This document shows, one piece after another, positions 53,347 through 62,852 of a stretch of 64,000 nucleotides of DNA (position 1 is the first letter of the stretch; every line of letters begins with the position of its first letter). Under the pieces are notes generated by a model that saw only the letters and a list, made by a program, of their open reading frames with translations, did no database searches and was not told the DNA's origin. The stretch lies in assembly GCF_028368995.1 (NCBI RefSeq), contig NZ_JAQNDL010000001.1, forward strand, positions 3,488,001 through 3,552,000. The letters run 5' to 3'. This DNA comes from Nannocystis bainbridge. GTDB taxonomy: Bacteria; Myxococcota_A; Polyangia; Nannocystales; Nannocystaceae. A program made the position numbers and the translations under genes.

Positions 53347-54807
53347 TTACTTCGGAGCCGCGGCGCCGCCGGCGGGCGGAGCGCTGGGCGCCGGAGCGCT
53401 GCCGGCGGCCTCGGCGGCCTCGGCCTGCTTCTCGAGATCGAGGAGTCGCTTGCGCTCTTCCTCTTCCTGCTTCTTCGCGATCGCCTCGAGCTCCTTGGCC
53501 TTCTTCATCATCTCCTCGGAGACGCGGTTGAAGGCGATGGTCTCATCGATGGTGGCGATGCGGTCCTTGGCCAGCAGCACCTGCTGGGACCACTTCTTGT
53601 CGCTCTTCACCGTCTCGATGAACTTGTTGTAGTGGCCCTTGGCGACGTTGATCAGCTTCTCGTTCTGCGCGGTGTCGACGGTGTCCTGGGTGCTGATGTG
53701 ATCCTGGTACAGCACGCCGAGGTTGTAGATCGGGCGCGGATCGGAGGCATTGAGCTTGAGCGCCTTGTTGTACGACGCCTCGGCCTCCTTGAACTTCCTC
53801 AGGCCGCGCTGCGCCACGCCGAGAGCGAGGTGCGCCTCGGTGTTCTTGGCCTGACGCGAGTCCTTCAGCGCGATCTCGAACGCCTTCTCGGCCGTCGCGT
53901 AGTCGCGGAAGCGGATCGAGATGAAGCCGATGTTGAGGTTCGCCTCGACATGGTTGGCCTCGACTCGCACCGCCTCCTTGAACGCCTTGAGGGCGTTGAC
54001 CTGGTCCTGACGCTCGAGCAGCAGCAGGCCCTGGATGTTGTAGAGGTCGGCGGACTCGCGGCTCTCGGTCTTGAGCACGCGGACGCCCTGGGTCACCACG
54101 AGGTTCGCGAGCACCAGATACGACTTGTCCTTGCTGTGACCGCGGTCGTAGTAGATGCGCGCGAGGTTCTCGTAGGCGGCCTGGTTGCCCGAGTCGAGGG
54201 CCAGCACGCCCTGGATCGACTTCTCCGCCTCGTTGAAGGCGTTGACGTCGGTGTTGCTGGCGTACTGGTTGCGCAGCAGGCCGGCGACGTTGTTGCGGGC
54301 GGCGCGGGCCGACAGCTTGTTGGCCTCGACGCCCTTCTTGAACATGTCGAGGGCTTTCGACTCCTGGCCCTTCTTCCAGTAGATGACGCCGAGGTTGTTG
54401 TAGGCGAGGTCGAACTTGGGCGCCTGCGAGATGAGCTGGGCGTAGATGCCCTCGGCCTTATCGGACTGGCCGCACTCCTCGTAGACGACGCCCGAGTTGA
54501 ACTGCGCCAGCGCCATCTGCACGCCGTGAGTCTTGTAGACCTTCTGGAACGCGCCCGCGACGCGCTCGCACTCGTCGCCGCTGATCTTCCCGTCGCTCTT
54601 GGCCGCGTTGTAGGTCTTCACGGCCGCTGCGAAGTCGTTCTTCGCCTCCTTCGAGGCTTCGGCCGGCGCGGGCCCGCTCGGGCCGCCGCCGCCGCCGCCA
54701 CCGCCACCGCCACCGTCCGGGGTGTTGGTGCTGGTCTTGTTCTTCCCGCAGGCCGTCAATGCGACAGCCAGGGCGCCGATGCTTGCGATCTTGATCAGGT
54801 TACGCAT
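53347..54807 (-). CDS. gltE: GltE/AglT-like TPR lipoprotein
   Basis: AGGAG RBS, lipobox LTAC, TPRs, C-terminal coiled coil and Pro/Ala tail; synteny. Confidence 0.8.
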   Translation of the reverse strand: MRNLIKIASIGALAVALTACGKNKTSTNTPDGGGGGGGGGGGPSGPAPAEASKEAKNDFAAAVKTYNAAKSDGKISGDECERVAGAFQKVYKTHGVQMALAQFNSGVVYEECGQSDKAEGIYAQLISQAPKFDLAYNNLGVIYWKKGQESKALDMFKKGVEANKLSARAARNNVAGLLRNQYASNTDVNAFNEAEKSIQGVLALDSGNQAAYENLARIYYDRGHSKDKSYLVLANLVVTQGVRVLKTESRESADLYNIQGLLLLERQDQVNALKAFKEAVRVEANHVEANLNIGFISIRFRDYATAEKAFEIALKDSRQAKNTEAHLALGVAQRGLRKFKEAEASYNKALKLNASDPRPIYNLGVLYQDHISTQDTVDTAQNEKLINVAKGHYNKFIETVKSDKKWSQQVLLAKDRIATIDETIAFNRVSEEMMKKAKELEAIAKKQEEEERKRLLDLEKQAEAAEAAGSAPAPSAPPAGGAAAPK

Positions 54808-54839
54808 GGTGGTCGCTCCTTTGCTGGCTGCTGCCGGCC

Positions 54840-57800
54840 TCACTCGCTGTCCTCGTCGCCGTCGTCGGCCTTCTCGGCGGGCTTCTCAGCCGGCTTCTCG
54901 GCCGCGGCGCCGACGCTCGCCTTGCGCTTCTCACCCTCGAGGTCGAGCTGCACGTCCACGCGATCGGGGCGGCTCGCCGTGTACTGCGAGACGCCGAAGA
55001 TCTCTTCGGTCGCCGGATACTTGTCGGGCTCGCGCTGCTGGAGCTCCTCCTCGCACAGGCGGGAGAACTCGTTGAAGAACTGGAAGGTCGTCGAACGCTC
55101 GAGGCAGAACGAGAACTTCTTGACCGCGTCCTCCTGGATCGGCTGGGCCTTGTCGCCGAGCTCGTCGCAGAAGGCGTAGGCCTGCTCCTCGGTCTTGAAC
55201 TCCTTCGGCACCTCGGCGCGATAGAGCTGATCCGCGTAGTTCTGCGAGACCATGGCCGAGCGGGCGGCGGCGGCGAGCATCCAGTACGGGCTCTGCTTGG
55301 CGTTGACGATGCCGTCGTACTGCTGCTGCAGCGCCTGACCCTGCTTGGTCTTCTTCTCGTAGAACTCGAGGAAGCGCTTGGTCGAGTCGGCCTTCTTCGC
55401 GACCTGCTCCTTGTATTCCTTCTCCCACTTCGGCAGGCCGGCGTCCTTCTTCCACTCTTCGACGAAGAAGCTGAGGCCGCCCGGCATCTCGATCTTCAGG
55501 TAGTCCTCGTACTGACGGTCGGCCTTGTACACGCCCGACATGGCGACGGCGTTGGCGAAGTCCTCGCGCCGGTCGCGGTCCTCCTCGGGCACGTTGATCT
55601 TGCTCTTCGCCAGCTTGAGCACGCTGTCGAAGTACTTCTGCGCCTCTTCCGCCTTCTTCTTGTTGCGGGAGTGGACGGTGATGATGCCGGAGGTGGCCGA
55701 GCCGCAGTACTCCGGGATGTCCTGCTTCTTGCTGGCCGAAGCGGCGGCGCCCTTCTTCTCGGTGCCCTTCTTGACCTTCTTCTTCAGCGCCTCGGCGGCG
55801 GCGCGGGCCTTGTCACCGGCCTGCGCCTTCTTGCGCTTGATGGTGATGCACGAGTCGTAGAGCAGGCCCTCGGCGCACGACTGGCGCCACAGGATCTGGC
55901 CGATGTTGGCCTCGGCGACGATGCGACGGTCCAGGCCGCCGTTCTTGCCGTAGATCTTGAGGTACTCCTCGGCGTGCCGGAGCTTCTCGTCCTCGGTCTT
56001 GAGGATGTCGTGCTTCGACCAGAAGATCTTGGCGGCGAGCTCCGGGTTGTCCTTGCGGTAGAGACCCTCGTACTTCGACAGGTCGGCGCTGGCCTGCTGG
56101 TCCTGGCCGAGGCCGAGGCGGAACAGGTAGGCGTTGCGCAGGTAGTCGGGCGACTGCTTGTCCTTGATGTACTTCTCCGCGTACAGCTCCATGTGCTGCG
56201 CGGCCTTGTCGTACATCGCGATGGCCTGGTAGTTGCCGGCGAGGTTCGACAGCGTCTCCTGGTAGTGCTGACTGGTCGGGAACTTCTCGAGCAGGATCTT
56301 GCGGAAGCGAACCGACTGACCGAGCAGGAAGGCCGCCTCGTAGCACTCGGCCGCGTTCCAGATCAGCGTCGAGGCCTTCTCGTGGGCGTCGCCGTACTCG
56401 TTGTAGATGGCGATGAACTGCTCGGCGCACTTGCGGTAGCCGTCGGGGTCGCCCTTCCGGCCGGCCTCGAGGTAGGTCATGCCCTTCTTCCAGCCGATGC
56501 CGGCGAGGAGCCGCGGGATCGCTTCCTTCAGCTCGTCGGCCTCAGGATGCGTGTAGACCTTCATCTTCTGCATCTTCTTCGACCACGTCTCGAGGTCGTC
56601 GGATGCCTTGATCGCCTCCTCGGGCGTCAGATTCTTGTCGATCCAGCGGATCGTCAGGATGTCGAGGAGCATCTCGGAGCACCAAGCGGCGTAGATGGAG
56701 CCGTCGAACTTGACGACCATCTCCTCCAGGAGCGGGCGCGCCTCCTGGAACTTGTTGTGCACCATCATGAGCTTCGCCCGGTGGTAGACGATCTTGGGCA
56801 GCTCGGGGTCCTTCGGGTCTTTGACGTACTTCTGGTAGATGTCGTACGCCTCGATCATCTTCTTCTCGTCCTCGGCGTAGTCGCTCTCCGGGTACGAAAG
56901 ATTCTGATCGCCCTTGGTGTTCTCGTCGGTCTTGGTCTTCTTCTTCTTCTCTTTTTCCTTGTAGACGCAAAGACCTTCGGCGTTCGTCTTGCAGGACTTC
57001 GCCTGACCGCCCGTCTCGTCGTACTCGAGGGCGTTCTTCATCGCCAACATCTGCGCGTAGGCAGCGTCCTGCGTGAACTTGCCCTCGGGGTTGATCTCGA
57101 GGACCTTGACGAACTCTTCGTGGGCGCGACGGAACTTGGTCAGGCCGTCGGGCTTGGTCTTCTTGTCACTGACGAGCGAGCTGGCGCGAGCCCACAGCAG
57201 CTCCGCGTAGAACATCTGGATCTCGTACGAGTCCTTGTCCTTCGGGAAGGTCTTGAGGAAGCCCTCGTAGGCCCGCTCGGCGAGCGTGTACGTGGCCTCG
57301 TTCTTGGTCTTCTCGGCCTCGTCGTGCCACACGGTGGCCATCTGCTTCATCGTGTCGAGCGTCTCGTCTCGGCACTTGCGCTTGACGGCTTCCTTCTGCG
57401 ACCCGTTCTTGAACTTGTCCCAGTACTCGCCCAGGCGCGCCGTCTCGGTCCACTGGACTTCCTTGTTGTCGGTCGCCAGCGCGTTGATGACGACGCGGCC
57501 CTGCCACTCACAGGTCTGCGGGTCCTCGGGGAACAGCTCCTGCAGCTTGTGATAGGTGTACGTCGACTCGGTGTACATGCCCTGCCCGAAGTACTGGACT
57601 GCGAGCAGCTCCATCATCTTGCGGGACATGTTCTCGTCTTCCTTGGGGCCGTCGCCGACCTTCTGGAAGAACTCCCACGCCTTGGACGGCTTGCCCGACA
57701 TGACGAAGGCGCGGACGAGGTCGCGACGGGCGTCGCGGCGCAGCTGCCTGGCGTTCGCTTCGCTGCCGGCGCGGCCCTCGAGGGTCGCGGTGATCGTCTT

Positions 57801-58721
57801 GACGAAGAAGTCGAGGCTGAGGTCGTAGCGCGGGTCGGCGGTGCCGACCGGGTTCAGGTGACACCACGCCATCTTGTAGAGCGCGTAGGCGTAGACCGGG
57901 CTGTCCTTGAAGGTGATGACCTTCTCGTACAGCTGGAGGGCGTCGCCGATCTTGCTCTGGGCGAAGTAGTAGTCGGCGAAGCTGAGGTACGCGTTCGGGA
58001 TGTACTGGCTGTTCGGGTAGTCCTGAATCAGCCGGATGTACGCGTCCTTCATCTCCTGCTCGCGCTTGAGCTGGCCGAGCTCGAACGCGTAGAAGTACAG
58101 GGCCTCGTCGAGGCGCTTGTACTTGCTGAGGCCGGGGTCGGTGACGAGAGCCTTGTAGAGCTTGACGGCCTGCTCGCTGGCGGCCTTGGACTGCGCGTCG
58201 AACTTGGCCTGCTTGGCCTTGAGCTGGTCGGCCTTGCCCTTCTGCTTGGCCTCCTCCGCCTGGAAGATCGGGTCGTAGAGGGCGCCGGACTGGGTCTCGA
58301 AGTACGCCTTCTTCTCGAGGAAGTGGTCCGACAGGCGGTACAGCAGGTCCGGGTAGTCCGGGTGAGACTTGTCGGTCGCGTTGAGGAGGCGCTTGAGCTG
58401 CTCGATCTGCGTGTCGGCGATCTCTTGGGCGACCGCGGCGCGCTTCTTGGCGAACTCCTGCCCCTCCATCATGTCGACGCGGCGCTTGGTCTCTTTCTCC
58501 TGCCGCTCTTTCTCTTCCTTGAACTTCGTGTCGAGCGTGTCCTTGGTGCGGACCTTGCCGGACTTGCGGTTGTACTTGACGGCACTGTTCGCCTCGGCGC
58601 CGCCCTCCGCCGGGGCCTGCGCGCTGGCAGGAGCCGCGGCGGCGAAGACGACCACCGCGAGACCGACGCCGCTCAGGATGTTCAGCTTGCGAAACTTGCG
58701 GGGATGGCTGTGTGGCTTCAT
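54840..58721 (-). CDS. gltD: GltD/AgmU-like exported TPR protein
   Basis: Signal peptide, two TPR clusters, DEALYFYA..YPNSQYIPNAY, C-terminal FCDEL..KAQPI...C...FNEFSRLC; synteny. Confidence 0.8.
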   Translation of the reverse strand: MKPHSHPRKFRKLNILSGVGLAVVVFAAAAPASAQAPAEGGAEANSAVKYNRKSGKVRTKDTLDTKFKEEKERQEKETKRRVDMMEGQEFAKKRAAVAQEIADTQIEQLKRLLNATDKSHPDYPDLLYRLSDHFLEKKAYFETQSGALYDPIFQAEEAKQKGKADQLKAKQAKFDAQSKAASEQAVKLYKALVTDPGLSKYKRLDEALYFYAFELGQLKREQEMKDAYIRLIQDYPNSQYIPNAYLSFADYYFAQSKIGDALQLYEKVITFKDSPVYAYALYKMAWCHLNPVGTADPRYDLSLDFFVKTITATLEGRAGSEANARQLRRDARRDLVRAFVMSGKPSKAWEFFQKVGDGPKEDENMSRKMMELLAVQYFGQGMYTESTYTYHKLQELFPEDPQTCEWQGRVVINALATDNKEVQWTETARLGEYWDKFKNGSQKEAVKRKCRDETLDTMKQMATVWHDEAEKTKNEATYTLAERAYEGFLKTFPKDKDSYEIQMFYAELLWARASSLVSDKKTKPDGLTKFRRAHEEFVKVLEINPEGKFTQDAAYAQMLAMKNALEYDETGGQAKSCKTNAEGLCVYKEKEKKKKTKTDENTKGDQNLSYPESDYAEDEKKMIEAYDIYQKYVKDPKDPELPKIVYHRAKLMMVHNKFQEARPLLEEMVVKFDGSIYAAWCSEMLLDILTIRWIDKNLTPEEAIKASDDLETWSKKMQKMKVYTHPEADELKEAIPRLLAGIGWKKGMTYLEAGRKGDPDGYRKCAEQFIAIYNEYGDAHEKASTLIWNAAECYEAAFLLGQSVRFRKILLEKFPTSQHYQETLSNLAGNYQAIAMYDKAAQHMELYAEKYIKDKQSPDYLRNAYLFRLGLGQDQQASADLSKYEGLYRKDNPELAAKIFWSKHDILKTEDEKLRHAEEYLKIYGKNGGLDRRIVAEANIGQILWRQSCAEGLLYDSCITIKRKKAQAGDKARAAAEALKKKVKKGTEKKGAAASASKKQDIPEYCGSATSGIITVHSRNKKKAEEAQKYFDSVLKLAKSKINVPEEDRDRREDFANAVAMSGVYKADRQYEDYLKIEMPGGLSFFVEEWKKDAGLPKWEKEYKEQVAKKADSTKRFLEFYEKKTKQGQALQQQYDGIVNAKQSPYWMLAAAARSAMVSQNYADQLYRAEVPKEFKTEEQAYAFCDELGDKAQPIQEDAVKKFSFCLERSTTFQFFNEFSRLCEEELQQREPDKYPATEEIFGVSQYTASRPDRVDVQLDLEGEKRKASVGAAAEKPAEKPAEKADDGDEDSE

Positions 58722-58824
58722 GGACCTCTACCTCAGATGGCGGGTCCACGGGACCCGGCCTTGTTGCTGGCTCTTGTCAAACGCCGGCGAGGTCGCGCGC
58801 ATGACCTCGCCGGCGCCGCCGCGG

Positions 58825-60591
58825 CTACTCCTCCTTGCAGCGGCTAGTAACCTTGTAGTTGTAGTAACCGAGCTCGTCTTTCCAGTACTCGCCGTTGTAG
58901 TTGTAGATCTCGTGCTCGGCGTCGACCTTCGGTCGCACCGGACGGCGCTCGGTTGCTGCGCCGGCGTCGCCGGCCTTGATGCGGTTCAAGATCTCGTACT
59001 CGATCTTGATCGCCTCGCGCTCGAGGTCGTTGATCTGCTGGATCTGCTGGACCAACCGGTTACGCGCGAGGGCGCCGGTCGACTCCTTGCCCAGCGAGAG
59101 CAAGCCGTCGAGCGTCTCCGTGATCTGCTCGGCGAGCGGGCTGCCCTTGAAGTCGGACTTGGCGTCCTCGAGCTGACCCTGCTCGCGCACCAGCTCGTTG
59201 ACGAACGCGTAGTTCTTCTCGAGCGTCTTGTCCTGCAGCGACTTCTGAGCGACCTCCTCGACGAACGGGTCGAGCTTCGACTCGCTGTTGCGGATCTTCA
59301 CGCTGAGGTCGAACAGCGCGAAGTCCTCGGGCGCCTTGGCGAGCAGGTCCTTGAGGTCGTCGCGGGTCTTCGGGTACTTGCGGTTGAACTCCTCGATCGC
59401 CAGCTTCGCGGGCTGGTAGCGGCAGTTGAAGTAGTACGTGACCGCCTTGAGGATGATCGACTCGGGGTACAGGTAGTCGTAGAAGAACGGCGCGTTGAGC
59501 GTGTGGATGTACCCGAGCGTGCGCTGGTAGTGGATGTTCGACTGCTCCGGCTCGACCTCGACGAGGCGGAACTCCGTCCACGACGACGCGAGGATCGAAT
59601 CGAGCCAGTAGGGCGAGGCCAGCGGAATTTTGTCGTAGTACTTCAGCGCCGTGTCGTACTTGCCGACCTGGTAGAAGATGTAGCCGAGGGCGAGGTTGGC
59701 CCGCTCCTCGTAGCGCTGCATCTCCTCCTCGAAGCTCAGCTCCTCGATCTCGCCGGCGACCTGCTTCTGCTTGTTCTTCTTGGCGAGCTTGGCCTTGGCC
59801 TTGGCTTCCTTCTTGCGCTTCTTCTTGTCCTTGGCCCAACCCTCGCGTAGCGAGATGTTCTTGCGGAGGACGTTCTTGAACGCCTCGACCGCCTGCGGGC
59901 CGTGGAACTCGCGCGTCTCGGCGACGCCGAGGAAGAACTGCGCCGGGATGTAGTAGTCGCTGTTGTCCGGCACCTGGCCGAGCAGCGCGATCGACTGCCC
60001 GAGGTCGCCCTTCTGGTAGTAGAAGCGGCCGAGCAGGTAGTACAGCTCGTCGCGCACCTCGTCGAAGGCCGAGTCCTCGAGCTCGGTCGGCTTGTACGTA
60101 CCGACCTTCTCGAGCACGCCCGCGCCCTCCGGCAGCTCGCGGCTCAGCGACGCCAGCCACGGCAAGGTGAGCTTGTGGTACGGGTGGCTCGGGCCGGTCG
60201 TCACGATCTCGCTGAAGACGGCCAGCGAGACGGCGTAGTACTGCAGCTTGTACAGCGTCTTGCCGAGCCAGAACTGCGCGCGCGACTTGTCGCCAGGGGT
60301 CTTGCCGCTCGCGACCGCGTGGAAGATGACGGCAGCGCCCTGGTAATCCTCGGCCTTGTACTTGTCCTCGGCCTCGGCCAGCACGCCCGTGGCAGCGCCG
60401 TCGGGGTTGCTGGGTGCAGCCACCGGACCCGAGGGCGGCGGGACAGCCGGGCCTGCGGAGGGCGGCGGGACGGCCGGGCCCTTCGCCGGAGGCGGGGGCG
60501 GGGGACCTGCCACAGCCGGCGCCGCGTACAGGGCCCACGTGGCGCAAAGGCTGAGAAGAGTGGTGGACGTCAGTTGGCGGAGCGATTTCAT
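58825..60591 (-). CDS. gltC: GltC-like exported TPR protein
   Basis: Signal peptide, TPRs, TLNAPFF..Y.PES, C-terminal NGEYWKDELGYY...C. Confidence 0.8.
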   Translation of the reverse strand: MKSLRQLTSTTLLSLCATWALYAAPAVAGPPPPPPAKGPAVPPPSAGPAVPPPSGPVAAPSNPDGAATGVLAEAEDKYKAEDYQGAAVIFHAVASGKTPGDKSRAQFWLGKTLYKLQYYAVSLAVFSEIVTTGPSHPYHKLTLPWLASLSRELPEGAGVLEKVGTYKPTELEDSAFDEVRDELYYLLGRFYYQKGDLGQSIALLGQVPDNSDYYIPAQFFLGVAETREFHGPQAVEAFKNVLRKNISLREGWAKDKKKRKKEAKAKAKLAKKNKQKQVAGEIEELSFEEEMQRYEERANLALGYIFYQVGKYDTALKYYDKIPLASPYWLDSILASSWTEFRLVEVEPEQSNIHYQRTLGYIHTLNAPFFYDYLYPESIILKAVTYYFNCRYQPAKLAIEEFNRKYPKTRDDLKDLLAKAPEDFALFDLSVKIRNSESKLDPFVEEVAQKSLQDKTLEKNYAFVNELVREQGQLEDAKSDFKGSPLAEQITETLDGLLSLGKESTGALARNRLVQQIQQINDLEREAIKIEYEILNRIKAGDAGAATERRPVRPKVDAEHEIYNYNGEYWKDELGYYNYKVTSRCKEE

Positions 60592-61363
60592 GCGGTCGAT
60601 GCGTCCTAGGCGTGCGGAGTTTCGGCGATCCGAGAGCAGACCCTCAATCACAAAGTTGCAGGCCGGGGTAGGCGGACCTGCGCGGGGCACTGCGGGCCTT
60701 CATAGGGGTTTTCGGACGATACCAGCGGCGCGCTCACAGCCGCAAGAGCCAGCCGCGAAGGGTTTGGAGAGTCGAGCGCACGGAGAGGAAGAAGCCGAGG
60801 GCCGCGGAGGTTTTCGCGCAGCGACCCGATGACGGCCCCGAACCGAGGCTGCACACCCCGGAGCCGATGAACCGCTCGCCGACCTGCAACGGGGCCCAGC
60901 TTCCGCCGATCTGCGGAGGTTCCGGCGGGCTCGTAAAAATTCCGGAACGGCCTCGACGAGGATTCGTGATTTTTTACACGGGTCGACGGGCAGAACGGCA
61001 CCTGCAGGCATCGCAGCGCGATGCGAGGGCAAGACGGAGATCGCCCACCTGCAGATCCCGGATATTCGTCGCCGAGCAGCGTTCGCCATCGCCGCCCCCC
61101 CGGGGTGCCGGGACCACCGGCGATCGAGGTCCAAGAGCCCGTGCGGACGCTTCTCGGCGCGAACCGGCGTCGCGGTCGGGGCGGCGCCGACGCGCTCCGG
61201 CGGGCACGCGCGGACGGGCGCGCCCGAGTTTGGCCGGCTTTGTCACGCTACAGCCACGTTGAGGTCGGCGCGCATGGCTTCTACGGCGTTTCGCAGCGCT
61301 TGACCCTATGGTCCGGCAGTGTACGATGGGAAACCTGTTCGGCCGCCAAGACTGAGACGCCAC

Positions 61364-61987
61364 ATGCAAGTCACTCGCACGCCTGCTCTCTTGCGCACCG
61401 TCGCCAACGCGTTGGGCGCCCTGCTCCTCGTGCCGCTCCTCGCCGCCTGTCCGAAGGGCGATGTCGGCGCGCCCTGCAATCATGGCGACGTCGACCCGCC
61501 GGCCGACAAGGTCGTGACCTTCCCGGCCCTGAGCTGCAACGACCTCCTCTGCGTCTACGCCGACGAGAAGGACCCGCCGGCCGCCCCCTGCACGACCGAC
61601 GAGATGTGCAACGCGGCCAGCGACGACGGCAAGGCCCGCTTCCAGTGCGTCGAGTCGAAGTGCGAGCTCTCGTCGACCTACGTGCTCGAGCGCTCGATGT
61701 GCTCGAAGACCTGCTCGTCCGACACCGACTGCCAGGACGGCGGCCTCGGCAAGCAAGTGCTCGCGCAGGAGTCCAACTGCGAGGCCGGCTTCAGCTGCGT
61801 GCAGATCCAGAAGCTCGGCGAGTTCTGCTGCCAGAAGCTCTGCGTGTGCAACGACGACCTGTCGCAGGGCACCGTCGACGAGCTCGCCACGCAGTGCGCG
61901 GCGCTCCCGACCGACCAGAACGGCAAGCCGATCTGCGAGGACGAGATGATGCCCACGCCGCCGCCCGCCGACACCACCGGCGCCTAG
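61364..61987 (+). CDS. Cys-rich lipoprotein, CglC/GltK-like
   Basis: Lipobox LAAC, DVGAPC, CSKTCSSDTDC, FCCQKLCVC; divergent from gltC. Confidence 0.65.
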   Translation: MQVTRTPALLRTVANALGALLLVPLLAACPKGDVGAPCNHGDVDPPADKVVTFPALSCNDLLCVYADEKDPPAAPCTTDEMCNAASDDGKARFQCVESKCELSSTYVLERSMCSKTCSSDTDCQDGGLGKQVLAQESNCEAGFSCVQIQKLGEFCCQKLCVCNDDLSQGTVDELATQCAALPTDQNGKPICEDEMMPTPPPADTTGA

Positions 61988-61991
61988 CGCG

Positions 61992-62429
61992 TCACGGATT
62001 TCGATCCGCTTCGAAGGCCCCGGGGATCCAAGAGATCCGCGGGGCCTTCTCGCGTGGGTCGTCTTCGGCAGCGAGCGAGTCGTCGCTCGTCAGCACGCTG
62101 ACGACGTCGAAGCGCACGGCCACGGTCTCCCACAAGTCGCGGCCGACCAGCCACGCCGCTGCACCGCGTCGCAGCCGGGCCTGCTTCCGCGAGTCGACCG
62201 TCTCCTCCGGCGTGCCGGCCCGATCGTCTCCGCGGCTGCGGACCTCCACGAATACGTATGTGTCGACGCGATCGTCCACGCCGGCAGGCACGAGCCCGAC
62301 CAAATCGAGCTCCACACCACCCGCGCGGACGTTGCGGTCGACGACGAGGAGGCCGCGCGCCTCAAGGAAGCGTGCGGCCTGTTCCTCCGCCAGTTGGCCG
62401 CGCACCCGGGTAGAGGGTGGCGCGGGCAT
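61992..62429 (-). CDS. yraN: YraN family (UPF0102) putative endonuclease
   Basis: GQLAEEQAARFL..G..V..RN...ELDLV..FVEVRSR...RFDVV. Confidence 0.9.
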   Translation of the reverse strand: MPAPPSTRVRGQLAEEQAARFLEARGLLVVDRNVRAGGVELDLVGLVPAGVDDRVDTYVFVEVRSRGDDRAGTPEETVDSRKQARLRRGAAAWLVGRDLWETVAVRFDVVSVLTSDDSLAAEDDPREKAPRISWIPGAFEADRNP

Positions 62430-62435
62430 CGTGGC

Positions 62436-62852
62436 TCAGTCGCCCTGGGGCTCGGTCGACTCGCTGCTGGCCGAGGCGAGCCCTTCGTTGCCGTAGCCGC
62501 CGAGGCGGGCGCGAATGCGGGCGGCGTTGCCGCTGAGGTTGCGCAGGTAGTAGAGCTTGGCCTTGCGGACCTTGCCGCGGCTGACGAGCTCGACCTTCAC
62601 GACGCGGGGCGAGTTGACCGCCCAGACGCGCTCGACGCCGACACCGTGGGAGATCTTCCGAACGGTGAAGGAGCCGCGGGCGCCGCCACGCTTGCGGTGG
62701 ATGCAGACGCCTTGGAAGACCTGGATGCGATCCTTGCCGCCTTCGGAGATCTTCGCGTGGACGCGAATGGTGTCACCGGGACGGAACTCGGGGACATCGG
62801 CCCGCTTGTAGGAGGCCTCGATCGCTTCAATCAACGGGTTACTGTTGCTCAT
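62436..62852 (-). CDS. rplS: 50S ribosomal protein L19
   Basis: [44 protein letters not shown]. Confidence 0.98.
   Translation of the reverse strand: MSNSNPLIEAIEASYKRADVPEFRPGDTIRVHAKISEGGKDRIQVFQGVCIHRKRGGARGSFTVRKISHGVGVERVWAVNSPRVVKVELVSRGKVRKAKLYYLRNLSGNAARIRARLGGYGNEGLASASSESTEPQGD

Noticed and set aside
60592-61363. ORFs or gltA/gltB pseudogene remnants in the gltC-cglC spacer
   Set aside because: ORFs lack codon bias and beta-barrel features; most likely a divergent promoter region.
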